The notes: generated by a model from the sequence alone, not told the origin. A DNA stretch of 46,942 bases from Acidobacteriota bacterium (GCA_016213785.1 JACQZQ010000002.1:1-46942), one strand, 5' to 3'; shown: positions 18,763 to 28,671, counted from the first letter of the stretch. Made by a program: numbers and translations.

Positions 18763-19668
18763 ATGATTATGTTAAGGGCAAAATTTATATTGATTTTAAT
18801 AGTAACCTTGATTTTAAGCAGCAATTTATTGATTTTAAGTTGTCGTAGTGGCGAAGGCCCCGTTACAGCGGAAGTAGTAATTATCCCATCTGCTAATGTT
18901 CCGCTTGAACCAAATGCTCCTTTATGGAAAGGTATTCCTCGCCATTTAGCTAAATTAATACCTCAAGATTTAGTTGAACCAAGGCTTACAAAATCCTCTA
19001 CTGCTGAAGTAGAAGTAAAAGCTTTGTCTAATGGCACTCTAGTAGCTTTTCGCTTAGAGTGGCTAGACCCAGTAAAAAATGATTTACCAGGGCCAGCACG
19101 CTTTATTGATGGCTGTGCAATTCAAATTCCTTCTAAAATAGCTGCTAATGTTCCTGATCCTCAAATGGGACAAGAAGGTCAATCTGTAGAAATAACTTTT
19201 TGGCGTGCTGATTGGCAAGCAATTGTAAATGGCCGTAAAGACTCTATTAAGGAACTCTACCCTAATGCTACAATTGACCATTATCCTTATGAAGCAAAAC
19301 CTTTAGAAAAAGACCCTGCTCTACAAAGCGAAATGGCAAAACGTTATTCTCCTGCAAGAGCTTTAGGTAATGGTAGGGAAGGGCCAAGAGATTCAGCAGT
19401 AGAAGAATTAATTGCAGAAGGCCCAGGTTCTTTATCTCCATCACCTAACCCTACAGGAGCAAAAGGAAAAGGGCTATATAATAGTAAAGGATGGTCAGTT
19501 GTAATTTTACGTAATTTACCAAAAGACTTAAGCCCTAATAATAGATCTCAAGTCGCTTTTGCTATTTGGGAAGGAGCACATGGTGAGGTAGGAGCAAGAA
19601 AAATGCGTAGCGGTTGGGTGCCTTTACTTATGAAGGCAGAAGGGGAGTTAAGCAAAAATGTACAATAA
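18763..19668 (+). CDS. putative gamma subunit (NxrC / type-II DMSOR gamma-like, signal peptide, probable heme b)
   Basis: 301 aa protein with N-terminal signal/anchor 'MIMLRAKFILILIVTLILSSNLLILSC'. Its size and position after the alpha and beta genes match EbdC/SerC/NxrC-type gamma subunits. No c-type heme motif is present. Assignment is by context. Confidence 0.55.
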   Translation: MIMLRAKFILILIVTLILSSNLLILSCRSGEGPVTAEVVIIPSANVPLEPNAPLWKGIPRHLAKLIPQDLVEPRLTKSSTAEVEVKALSNGTLVAFRLEWLDPVKNDLPGPARFIDGCAIQIPSKIAANVPDPQMGQEGQSVEITFWRADWQAIVNGRKDSIKELYPNATIDHYPYEAKPLEKDPALQSEMAKRYSPARALGNGREGPRDSAVEELIAEGPGSLSPSPNPTGAKGKGLYNSKGWSVVILRNLPKDLSPNNRSQVAFAIWEGAHGEVGARKMRSGWVPLLMKAEGELSKNVQ

Positions 19669-20308
19669 AATTAACTATAAAGAATTCTTAGTTGAAGCTA
19701 CTGAGTGGAGGCTAATTAGTTTACTTTTTGAATGTCCAAAAGATGATTGGAAAAAGAAAGTAAAAATGCTAGCTAAAGAAGTTTTAGACCCTGACTTAAA
19801 AGATGCTGCTAAGTTTGCTTGCAAAGAAGCTACAGAAGGGCTTTATCACTCAATTTTAGGCCCAGGCGGCCCAGCACCCGCTCGCGAAATAAGTTACAGT
19901 GGTGGTTGGACACAGCCTGGTTACTTGATGTCAGAGCTAGATAGTTATTATCAAGCTTTTTCCTATCAACCTGTTACAAAAGAAACCCTTGATCATATTT
20001 CTGTAGAAACAGGTTTTATTAGTTATCTAAGGCTAAAAGAAGCTTATGCCTTAGAATGCGGTGCAATAGAGCAAGTAGAAATTACTTCTCAATCTGCTAA
20101 AACCTTTATAAATGAGCATTTAACTGTTATAGCCCAACCTTTAGCTGAAATAATGGAAAACCTAGAGGTTAGCTATTTAGAATATGCTGCAAAAGCTTTG
20201 TTTAAGCGTGTAGGGACTACTAAAAATAAACCCTTACCAATTTATCAAACATCTTTTCAAGAAAATGATAGCTGTGAGTTTAGTTGTAGTGTAGAAACAG
20301 AGGAGTAA
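19658..20308 (+). CDS. TorD/NarJ-like molybdoenzyme maturation chaperone (delta subunit)
   Basis: 216 aa helical protein overlapping the gamma gene by 11 nt. Its position and size match the NarJ/SerD/EbdD system-specific chaperones of type II molybdoenzymes. The call rests mainly on context. Confidence 0.55.
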   Translation: MYNKINYKEFLVEATEWRLISLLFECPKDDWKKKVKMLAKEVLDPDLKDAAKFACKEATEGLYHSILGPGGPAPAREISYSGGWTQPGYLMSELDSYYQAFSYQPVTKETLDHISVETGFISYLRLKEAYALECGAIEQVEITSQSAKTFINEHLTVIAQPLAEIMENLEVSYLEYAAKALFKRVGTTKNKPLPIYQTSFQENDSCEFSCSVETEE

Positions 20309-20323
20309 TTTTCTCTAAAAAAA

Positions 20324-20353
20324 TTAAGGATAGAGTAGTTTCTCTATCCTTAA
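20324..20353. terminator. bidirectional intrinsic-terminator-like hairpin between convergent operons
   Basis: 12-bp perfect stem ttaaggatagag / ctctatccttaa with a 6-nt loop. A run of A (20314-20323) lies on the plus strand, so this is a U-run for the minus-strand DUF885 gene transcript. Confidence 0.5.
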
Positions 20354-20389
20354 TCACAAAAATTGTAAAACTGTGTTTTAGAAAATAAT

Positions 20390-22399
20390 CTATTTCGCTT
20401 TTTCTTTTAATTCTTTAAGCAATTGTTCACGAAAATAAGGTGGGGGAATTGTCCCAAATTGCATAAAAAGAATATGAAAATCTTTAGCTGAAAATTTATC
20501 TCCTAATGATTTGCTAGCCTCAGCACGAAGGGAAAAGATTTGATCTTTACCTAATCTATAAGTTATAGCTTGTGTAGGCCATTTAGAATAACGAAAGATT
20601 GCTTTTTCCGAAGATTCACAACTAGCGCGTTTGGCTGGATCTTTAAGCGCTTCAGGTGTTTGACAAGATCCTGGTAAAAAACTTACAACCTCAGAAAATA
20701 AGTCTACTGCTTCGGGAAATTTCATCTTACCAGTATGTATTCCAGTATCAATACGTACACGTAGATCTCTATAAAGCTTTCCTCTTAATTGATAAAGTCG
20801 TTCTTCTGGAGTGTAAAATCCTGTAGCGGCATTAGGTTGAGCCTCAGCCATTAATGCTTCTGAATAAAGCCCCCAACCTTCTGAAGCCATAGAATCTTGC
20901 CACATTGATGAAGAATCTTCGACTGCTCCAGGGGTAAGCCATCGAACAGGGGAAATTTTCTCACGATACTGAGTCATAACTTTGTAATTCCAGTCATGCC
21001 CAGGAAAACCTTCATGAGCAGAAAGATCAGCTATTGAAGCACGATTATTATTTTTTAGCCTTGCTTCATCGTTTTTAGTAGGAGAAATATAAAAACGTCC
21101 TACGCCTGTATTCTTAAATGGAGGAGCAGGATAATAAGCCGCGCCATCAATAGAAGCTTGAAGAGGTGGAGGAGTTTCTACGACTTCTAATTTATAGTCT
21201 GCTGGTACATCAAAGACTCCTGTTTTACGAGAATATTCTACAAGACGTTGTGCCGCGTCTGAGTACCATTTGACCATTTCAGTATCATTTTTAGGGTAAT
21301 CTTTAGAAAGCTCATCAAATACGGCTTTAACTGCTGATGGGCCATCTTCAGGGAGCTTAAGATTATTTTTTTGCCCAATTTCACGAGCAAGTTTAATCAT
21401 TTCATCACGAGTAGCTTGTACAATAGGCCAAGCCTCTTCATAAAGCTGAGCAGAAGACTTATCTATTTTAAGATTGTTTTTAATTGCCCAGTTATAAGCC
21501 TCTTCGCCCATAATAAAACGATCTCCACGAAATGCTTCTTTAACTCCTATATCGCCCTTAGCTGCTACATCATCAAAAAAGGTTTTTGCTACATAGTCTT
21601 TTAGATCGCGATAAGATTTTGCAGCCCCTTTTGAGGCTTCACCAAGCCTTTTTAATAAATCATCTCGCTTTGCTCCAGAAATACGCTCTGCTGCAAGCTT
21701 AGGCAATGTTTCTTCAAAATATTTAGCATCTGCTTCGGCTGTATCAAGCCCATTACGTTTAAGCATACGGTAATCAGGAGTATTTTTAGATTTAATTCCT
21801 GACTCTAACTGTTCTTGGGCGACTTTTAAGTAGCGAGGAACATCACTAAGTCGATTTATTACTAATTCCCATTCTTCTTCAGTCCCATAGGTCTTATCAC
21901 CTGTTTGGCTCATGCCTTGAAGTTGCCAATCAATAGCTCTAAAAGGCTCATCTGTAAAGGTATCAAGCGCACGCTCTTGGTATTTACGGGTTTGATGTTG
22001 ATTTAAGAGAAAACGGATTTGAGCTAAGGCTACTTCGCGATCAATTGCTAGGGTTGGGGAAAGTGTTTTGTTATCAATTTTTTCCAGCTTTTCTTGAGTT
22101 TCTTTTAACCATTTGTCTTCTGCTTCTAAAGCGCTTGCTGAGTGATCGCGCAACTTTCCATCAACTTCTTTTAGTGAAGGATTTAGCCCAGCCCCACCTA
22201 AATAAGTATTAACAGTAGGGTTACGTTTTAGAAATTCAACTACATAGCTATCAATAACTTCTTTACAAACCTTATCACCTTCTGTAGATGAGCTAGCTGT
22301 GTTACTAGGAGTATTACTAGGATTAGATGTATTGCTACTACATCTAATTGCACTAAATGCAAGAATTAACACTATTAAAAATAAAACGTTTCTTTTCAT
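20390..22399 (-). CDS. DUF885-family lipoprotein / putative metallopeptidase
   Basis: Signal peptide plus lipobox-like 'LAFSAIRCSSN'. The 'HEGFPGHDWNY' motif is characteristic of DUF885 proteins. 669 aa. Confidence 0.6.
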   Translation of the reverse strand: MKRNVLFLIVLILAFSAIRCSSNTSNPSNTPSNTASSSTEGDKVCKEVIDSYVVEFLKRNPTVNTYLGGAGLNPSLKEVDGKLRDHSASALEAEDKWLKETQEKLEKIDNKTLSPTLAIDREVALAQIRFLLNQHQTRKYQERALDTFTDEPFRAIDWQLQGMSQTGDKTYGTEEEWELVINRLSDVPRYLKVAQEQLESGIKSKNTPDYRMLKRNGLDTAEADAKYFEETLPKLAAERISGAKRDDLLKRLGEASKGAAKSYRDLKDYVAKTFFDDVAAKGDIGVKEAFRGDRFIMGEEAYNWAIKNNLKIDKSSAQLYEEAWPIVQATRDEMIKLAREIGQKNNLKLPEDGPSAVKAVFDELSKDYPKNDTEMVKWYSDAAQRLVEYSRKTGVFDVPADYKLEVVETPPPLQASIDGAAYYPAPPFKNTGVGRFYISPTKNDEARLKNNNRASIADLSAHEGFPGHDWNYKVMTQYREKISPVRWLTPGAVEDSSSMWQDSMASEGWGLYSEALMAEAQPNAATGFYTPEERLYQLRGKLYRDLRVRIDTGIHTGKMKFPEAVDLFSEVVSFLPGSCQTPEALKDPAKRASCESSEKAIFRYSKWPTQAITYRLGKDQIFSLRAEASKSLGDKFSAKDFHILFMQFGTIPPPYFREQLLKELKEKAK

Positions 22400-22455
22400 T
22401 AGAACACCTGTATAAAAATGTTTTTTAAGGGAATGAGTCTAAATTTTTTTATAAA

Positions 22456-22500
22456 AATAGCAGGTATTTAGCCTTATCATATAAACCTGCTATTTTTTAG
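22456..22500. terminator. hairpin followed by T-run (candidate terminator for the SDR gene region)
   Basis: aatagcaggt (22456-22465) and acctgctatt (22485-22494) form a 10-bp stem, followed by tttttt. The loop is long (19 nt). Confidence 0.35.
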
Positions 22501-22508
22501 ACTACCCT

Positions 22509-23330
22509 TTAGATGAAAAAATCTTGTACCGCCTCGACTCCTGGAGTCATTGCATATTTATCAAAGTCTGTTACTCCAATACTTCTAAGTAAATCTTCGT
22601 CAATAAAGAAGTTACCAGTACATTCACGGCTAGGACGAGTAAGAATATAGTGGGCAGCATCAGCCATAATATCAGGTTTGCGGGATTGTTTAATTGCTTG
22701 ACTGCCTCCAATTAAATTCATTACTGCGGCAGTAGCGATAATAGTTCTAGGCCAAAGTGCATTAACCGCTACACCTTGATCTCTAAATTCCCCTGCCATG
22801 CCTAAAACACACATACTCATACCAAATTTAGCCATTGTATAGGCTACATGAGGTGCAAACCAACGCTCTTCCATATTAAGCGGAGAGGAAAGGTTAAGGA
22901 TATGTGGATTTTCTGCTTTTAATAAAAAAGGAAGACAGGCTTGTGAACAAGCAAATGTTCCTCGTGTGTTAATTTGGTGCATTAGGTCATATTTTTTCAT
23001 TGAGGTTTCTAGAGTTCCAGTTAAGCTAATAGCACTAGCGTTATTTACTAGAATATCTATGCCTCCAAATTTATCTACAGCTTGTTTTACTGCGTCTTGG
23101 ATTTGGTCTTCTAGGCGAATGTCAACAACACAGGCTAAAGCTTGGCCTCCGGCCTCTTCTATTTCCTTTGCTGCTGTATAGATTGTGCCTGGTAATTTAG
23201 GGTGCTCTTCTGCGGTTTTAGCTGCAATTACAATATTAGCTCCATCTTGAGCCGCACGAATTGCTATAGCTTTACCAATGCCTCGACTAGCACCTGTGAT
23301 AAATAATGTTTTACCTTTTAAATTATTCAT
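22509..23330 (-). CDS. SDR-family NAD(P)-dependent oxidoreductase (HSDL2-like)
   Basis: 'KTLFITGASRGIGKAIAIRAA' is a classic TGxxxGxG SDR motif; a YxxxK catalytic region is also present. 273 aa. Confidence 0.9.
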   Translation of the reverse strand: MNNLKGKTLFITGASRGIGKAIAIRAAQDGANIVIAAKTAEEHPKLPGTIYTAAKEIEEAGGQALACVVDIRLEDQIQDAVKQAVDKFGGIDILVNNASAISLTGTLETSMKKYDLMHQINTRGTFACSQACLPFLLKAENPHILNLSSPLNMEERWFAPHVAYTMAKFGMSMCVLGMAGEFRDQGVAVNALWPRTIIATAAVMNLIGGSQAIKQSRKPDIMADAAHYILTRPSRECTGNFFIDEDLLRSIGVTDFDKYAMTPGVEAVQDFFI

Positions 23331-23504
23331 TAGTTTTTATCCCTTATAAATTTTAATTTGTTGGTTTAAGTAATGTAGGTATAGCCAAAAGAGTTTATTT
23401 CACATGAATTTAGACTACTGAGTTAGAAATAATTAAATAGATTATAGAACGCTAGTACTAACAAAACATTTTATGTAATACTTTGATAACACTCAGGTTA
23501 AGTT

Positions 23505-23984
23505 TTACTGTTTACTAAGTTCAAGTCTTATTTGACGAATTTGGCTAACATGGTTTTCACAATGTTCTGCATAAAGGCGAACTAAATTTATTAGACTCAT
23601 TTTACCGTGTTCATCATGAATACCAGTTCTTTCCCAATCATCTTCTTCTATTTCTTGGAATAACTCTGCGGTAGATTTACGGAGTAAGCGAAAAAGCTCT
23701 ACAGCTTGAGCAAGATTACGTTTACCATAGTTAAGATGATCAGCCCATTTATCTTGATCATAGCTAGTTAATTTAGGGTCATCTTCTGCTAGGACTCTAC
23801 GAATACGGTGTGCAGCAACAATTTCGCTATCACAAAGATGAATGGCTATTTCGCGTATATTCCATTTACCAGGAGCAGGCCGAAATTCTAGTTCATATTC
23901 GCCTAAACCATCAATACTACGTTCTAGCTTTCCATGCCCAGAACGAAACCGTTCTAGTATCTCTTTACGCTCAAGTGCGTCCAT
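23505..23984 (-). CDS. DinB/YfiT-like (DinB_2) metal-dependent four-helix-bundle protein
   Basis: 159 aa. His residues spaced as in DinB_2 proteins ('HLCDSEIVAAHRIRR', 'YAEHCENHVSQI'). Confidence 0.65.
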   Translation of the reverse strand: MDALERKEILERFRSGHGKLERSIDGLGEYELEFRPAPGKWNIREIAIHLCDSEIVAAHRIRRVLAEDDPKLTSYDQDKWADHLNYGKRNLAQAVELFRLLRKSTAELFQEIEEDDWERTGIHDEHGKMSLINLVRLYAEHCENHVSQIRQIRLELSKQ

Positions 23985-24189
23985 TGCAGAAACCTCCTTA
24001 TCTAGTTATCTAGATAGTTGAGTATGAAAATTTTTTTGCTTTTTGGTCAAACAGTGTAGCAGATTATCAAAAAATTTCAGATATTAAATTAATGCGTTTG
24101 TCAGATTTTTACCCCATTTCTCAAATAAAATCCATTTATTTTATTTATTGATAGGAAATTATACTAGGTTAAGTGCTTAGATAGTTAGA

Positions 24190-27100
24190 TTAGGATAGAA
24201 AACAAGTAGGTATTAACATAGCAGAGAATTTTTCTGGTGACTTAATTTTTTGTTCTGCCAAATACTCATCCGCCTCTTTTAACAAACTTTTTCCTTTATC
24301 GCCAAGAAGTTTACCTTGATAGTTTAAGGTAATAGCCCAATGGAGTTTCATATTTGCTAGCTCAAAGCCTAGGCTAGCTTCTTTTAATAGCCCAATAGCT
24401 TGACTAGAGTTTTTATTGTGGCTGGCTATTGTAGCATAAATAACTTGGGCAAAAGGATTACTCCAAGGCATGCTTTCTTCTTGAATTTTTTTAGCCATTT
24501 CTTCAGCAAGACGTAGAAAAGTATTATCCTTAGTGCTACTAAACATAGCTAAAGCGCTACGTGCAAAAGCATAAAGCCAAAATAGGTTTAGGATTTGGGC
24601 TTTTAATACAAAAGACTTTTTAAGTAAAGGCTCTTTATCTTTTATAAATTGCCAGGCCAGGCTTGCTTTACCAGAATATAAAGCTGTTTCTATCTCTGCT
24701 AAAAGTAGTAAGAAATGTTGCTGGTAAAATTCTTTGTCTGACCAACGTTCAGAAACTATACTTAGCTCTTTTTCTGCTTTTTCTGGTTTATCATTAGCTA
24801 AATGAAGCATATAGGAAACCCTATAGAGTAACATACTTTCCCCATAAATATCTCCACGACGATGAGCTTCATTTAATAAACCTGGTAGACGTTGGGAGGC
24901 TTCTGTATATCTACCTAGCAGTAATAAGTTATGTAGAGTATTAACATTAATACTGTCTATTTCCCATTGAACACCACTACATTTATTTCTAAACATTGGT
25001 TCTGCCAGACTATCAAACTCATAAGCATCCTTCCAACGGCCTTGCATAAAGGCAACAAAGCCATATATAAAAATATTTAATGCTATTGCATGAGGATGCT
25101 TGGATTCTTCGGCTAGTAGTTTTGCTTGTGCTAGTAGTTCTGCTGTATATTCTTGGGTTTTTCCTCCAGCAGCAGAAGAATAAGCGGCTTCAAATGATAA
25201 AGCACGAGCAATTCTATAAGGCTCACCAGCTTTTAGGGCTAAAAGCAAATGCTGAGATTGAAAATCTGCACCTCTAACTGTATCTATCATACTTAAGCCT
25301 AAAGCGGCAGACCAACAAGTGTCTATTTTAAGTAAATCAAAAGAATCTACATCTATTACATTATGTTTGTTAAATTCTAGTCCACGAATTTTTATTTTTA
25401 AGCGGTTATAAAGAAGTGATAAAAATGCTGGACTACGGGTTTTAGCTAATTTTAATCCTACTGAGTTTAAGACTTCGTTTAATATATCTAAACCTTCATA
25501 AATATGCCCACTAATAAGTAATTCTTCGGCAGCACGTCGCTTAAGATCTACAAATTCCTCTTGATTAATAGCGTCTTGTGCAGCTAGTAAATAAGCTTCT
25601 GAAGCTTGTTTTCCTCTACCAGCATTAGTAAGTGCTGTTGCTAGTTTTACTCTTGTTTGATGAATTTCTGTCTTCAAAACAGGAATTTTATGCTCAATAA
25701 TTAACTTAAGTGCTAATTCATAAAGTTCGCTTGCATGGTCAAAGGCTAGGGTTTGATCTGCATGTGCTGCGGCAATAACTGCATAATGATAAGCTTTATG
25801 ATAAAGCTGAGCCTGATAAAAATGATTTATTAGTCTTTCTGGATCTGTGTCAATATCGCTTTCTAACGCTAGGGCTAAATTCAAGTGATATTCCTTAAGG
25901 GTATTTTCATCTAAGTAGCTTAGTATAGTTTCACGGATACGGTCATGGTAGGTCTCTATTTCTTCAAAATCTTGAGTTTCGCGGATTCTAATTAAATGAC
26001 TAGAGCGAAGAGGTAGAAGTATCCCATGTTTTTTAATCTTTTCTTTTAATATATTGCCTAAAACCTCAAGTTTTATAGGCTGACCAGCTATAGCAATAAT
26101 TTCTAATAGGTATTTTGCTTTATCAGGAAGTTCAGAAATTCTATGTTTTAATGCTTCGTCTAAAGTGTTGCTAGTAAAGGCTTGAAGCCCTGAGTTAGAA
26201 GCATCACTGGTTTGTAAATATTTTGCCAGTTCAATAATAAAAAATGGACTACCGCTAGATTGATGGAGGAGTTTTGCTAAAGGCAGTTGATTAGTTGAAA
26301 AAGCAGCTAAGGAGTTTTTATTTAGTAGAGAGATTATTAATTCTTGAGCTTGTCTAATATTAAATTTTCCAATCTCAATTTGGCGGACTTCTGCCAATTT
26401 ATCGTTTTTAGCTAAGGGAAGTAGAGTTTTTAGAACAGGGCTAGAATTAATTTCTTCTGATCGATAAGTAGCTATTAAAAGCAGAGCAGGGGGATCAGGG
26501 GCAGAAAAAATTTCTGTTATTAAAGCTACACTATCAATATCTCCCCATTGAAGATCGTCTATATAAACTACTACAGAGTGTTGCTTTGTTAGCCAAACAA
26601 GCATTTGTCTTAATGCACTAAAGGCTTGCCTTCTAAGCTCATTAGAACTTAATGTACTAGTAGAATTGCTAGTAGCTTTAGCTATTTCTTTAACTTGTTC
26701 TAGAACAGGAAATAAACGCGCTAGGGCTATTGTTTCTTTAGGGATAAATAAATCTTTTTCTTCAGAGAATTCTTTTAGGTATTGACTTAAACTATCAATA
26801 ACTCCATCAAAAGCTTTATAAGGAAGTGATTCTTGTTGGTAGCATCTTCCTGATAAAATCACAGGTGAGGGGAGAGTAGTTTGGAGTTGATCTAAAAAGT
26901 AGCGAGTTAGAGCACTTTTACCCATTCCAGAACTACCATGAACAAAAACCGTTATGGGTTTATTTTCCTGATTAACAACAGAAAAAGCTTCTTTTAAGCC
27001 AGATAATTCTTCTTGACGGCCTACAAATGGAATTTCTTGAGATGAAATTCTATAAGCATCTTCTTTATCTACGTCTTTTATTGGCTCTGCTGCAAGTTCT

Positions 27101-28029
27101 CTAAACTTTGCTAAAATTTCTTGACCACTTGGACGATCTTTAGCATTAGGTTTTAATAACTCCATGCTTAGGTCTGATAAACTTTGGGGCAGATCTGGAA
27201 ATAGCTCTTTAGGGTGTTTAGGTTTATGAGTCAGTTTATTAACTAAAATATCTTGTAATGAACCAAAAAAAGGCAGTTGTCCTGTTAATGATTGATACAG
27301 TATTACTCCTAGGCAATACCAGTCTGTCGCTTCGGTTAAATCTCCGCAAAGGCTTTGTTCTGGGGACATATAGGCAGGAGTACCTGCTCCAATTTGTTCT
27401 GGAGAAAGATTCCTACGAGTAAGTTCTCTTACTAGGCCAAAATCCAGGATTTTTACTTCTCCATCAGATGTTACTAACACATTTGAAGGTTTTATGTCAC
27501 AGTGTAGTTTTCCAGCTTGATGAATTGCAAAAATGCCTTCTGCTAATTGTTTTAAGGACTTTTCTAAGAAAGGTAAATTTAGCCTAACTCGTTTGTTTCT
27601 ATGATATTGAGGAATAAAATTTATTGTAGAGTTTGTAAATATTTTAGTTGGTAAGGTTTGTAGAGCTTCTAAGTGACTAGTAAGACTTCCTATTTTATTA
27701 GTTAAAGATGAAGTAGTGCATTCTTCCCAAATATAATCAAGAAAGCTTATTCCATTTACAAGTTCCATTGTAAAGAACCATTCTGTTTCTTCAGAATATA
27801 GTTCATACAGAGTAATTAAATTAGGGTGAATAATATCTGCAAGTGAGCGGAACTCTTGTTTTAAGTTATAAAGTGCTTCTCCGTTCCATTTTTGAAGCAT
27901 TTTAAGTGCTACAATTTCATCTTGATGTTGATCATAGACTTGATAAACTATGCCAAAACCGCCCTCACCTAGTTGACGCTGAACTAAAAACCGATTTGCA
28001 GCAAGAAAACTCCCTACTTCTAAAGGCAT
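24190..28029 (-). CDS. serine/threonine protein kinase fused to an AAA/STAND-type NTPase and C-terminal TPR repeats
   Basis: Hanks kinase motifs are present: 'GEGGFGIVYQV', 'ALK', 'HCDIKPSNVLV', 'DFGL' and 'GTPAYMSPE'. A P-loop 'HGSSGMGKSALT' follows, then long TPR-like helical repeats. 1279 aa. Confidence 0.85.
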   Translation of the reverse strand: MPLEVGSFLAANRFLVQRQLGEGGFGIVYQVYDQHQDEIVALKMLQKWNGEALYNLKQEFRSLADIIHPNLITLYELYSEETEWFFTMELVNGISFLDYIWEECTTSSLTNKIGSLTSHLEALQTLPTKIFTNSTINFIPQYHRNKRVRLNLPFLEKSLKQLAEGIFAIHQAGKLHCDIKPSNVLVTSDGEVKILDFGLVRELTRRNLSPEQIGAGTPAYMSPEQSLCGDLTEATDWYCLGVILYQSLTGQLPFFGSLQDILVNKLTHKPKHPKELFPDLPQSLSDLSMELLKPNAKDRPSGQEILAKFRELAAEPIKDVDKEDAYRISSQEIPFVGRQEELSGLKEAFSVVNQENKPITVFVHGSSGMGKSALTRYFLDQLQTTLPSPVILSGRCYQQESLPYKAFDGVIDSLSQYLKEFSEEKDLFIPKETIALARLFPVLEQVKEIAKATSNSTSTLSSNELRRQAFSALRQMLVWLTKQHSVVVYIDDLQWGDIDSVALITEIFSAPDPPALLLIATYRSEEINSSPVLKTLLPLAKNDKLAEVRQIEIGKFNIRQAQELIISLLNKNSLAAFSTNQLPLAKLLHQSSGSPFFIIELAKYLQTSDASNSGLQAFTSNTLDEALKHRISELPDKAKYLLEIIAIAGQPIKLEVLGNILKEKIKKHGILLPLRSSHLIRIRETQDFEEIETYHDRIRETILSYLDENTLKEYHLNLALALESDIDTDPERLINHFYQAQLYHKAYHYAVIAAAHADQTLAFDHASELYELALKLIIEHKIPVLKTEIHQTRVKLATALTNAGRGKQASEAYLLAAQDAINQEEFVDLKRRAAEELLISGHIYEGLDILNEVLNSVGLKLAKTRSPAFLSLLYNRLKIKIRGLEFNKHNVIDVDSFDLLKIDTCWSAALGLSMIDTVRGADFQSQHLLLALKAGEPYRIARALSFEAAYSSAAGGKTQEYTAELLAQAKLLAEESKHPHAIALNIFIYGFVAFMQGRWKDAYEFDSLAEPMFRNKCSGVQWEIDSINVNTLHNLLLLGRYTEASQRLPGLLNEAHRRGDIYGESMLLYRVSYMLHLANDKPEKAEKELSIVSERWSDKEFYQQHFLLLLAEIETALYSGKASLAWQFIKDKEPLLKKSFVLKAQILNLFWLYAFARSALAMFSSTKDNTFLRLAEEMAKKIQEESMPWSNPFAQVIYATIASHNKNSSQAIGLLKEASLGFELANMKLHWAITLNYQGKLLGDKGKSLLKEADEYLAEQKIKSPEKFSAMLIPTCFLS

Positions 28030-28068
28030 AGCAATTGTTTTTAAGTAGTTAATAACTAATAGTAGAAT

Positions 28069-28671
28069 TTATTTAAGTTTGCCAGATAGTTTAATCTTGC
28101 AATCAGAACAAAAATCCTTTTCATTGTCAACCGTTTTCAATGTTCCTTTGGCATCTTCCATAATACACTTAAAATTAGGACAATGATCTAGTCCAAACGT
28201 ATGCCCAATCTCATGAATTACCACCTTACCTAAACGCTCTAAGAATAGCTTTTCAGAGGCTTTCCCTTTTTTTAGACGGAAGGTTGAAACTACTGCTGGA
28301 GGTTGATTTAATAAGGCTAATCCTAAAATTCCCCAATCTAGAAATTCCCCTTTGGTTGTGGAAATATCTTTAACTGTTAGGCCAAGAATTTTTGTAGTCT
28401 TACTATCTATTTTACTTAAGTAGACAGCAAGTTTTTCTGCTCGATAGCGATTTCTTGGTTGATAGTAAGCCTCTTGAGGCAATTCTTTAGCTGGTAAAAT
28501 AGCTACATCAACTGCATAGGTAGCTAAAATTAATTGTTTAACCTGTTCTACCAATTTAGTATCAATTTGTCCTAGGGGTTGAATAGCTATGGAAAGTTTT
28601 GATTCTGCTAAAGTTAGTTGAGGGATTAGTAGAAAAGTAACTAAGAAAAATAAAAAGGATAATTTTTTCAT
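28069..28671 (-). CDS. archaemetzincin-like zinc metallopeptidase (M54 family) with signal peptide
   Basis: 'HEIGHTFGLDHCPNFKCIM...(16 aa)...CSDC' matches the archaemetzincin motif HExxHxxGxxHCx4CxM...CxxC. The N-terminus 'MKKLSFLFFLVTFLLIPQLTLAES' is a signal peptide. Confidence 0.75.
   Translation of the reverse strand: MKKLSFLFFLVTFLLIPQLTLAESKLSIAIQPLGQIDTKLVEQVKQLILATYAVDVAILPAKELPQEAYYQPRNRYRAEKLAVYLSKIDSKTTKILGLTVKDISTTKGEFLDWGILGLALLNQPPAVVSTFRLKKGKASEKLFLERLGKVVIHEIGHTFGLDHCPNFKCIMEDAKGTLKTVDNEKDFCSDCKIKLSGKLK

Noticed and set aside
12531-19281. Short ORFs at 12531..12725(-), 14923..15165(-), 16832..17179(-), 17802..18053(-), 19084..19281(-)
   Set aside because: All are antisense or out of frame within the cyt c and molybdoenzyme alpha/beta/gamma genes.
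21371-25277. Short ORFs at 21371..21604(+), 22966..23181(+), 23810..24013(+), 25080..25277(+)
   Set aside because: Antisense to the DUF885, SDR, DinB and kinase genes respectively. No independent support.
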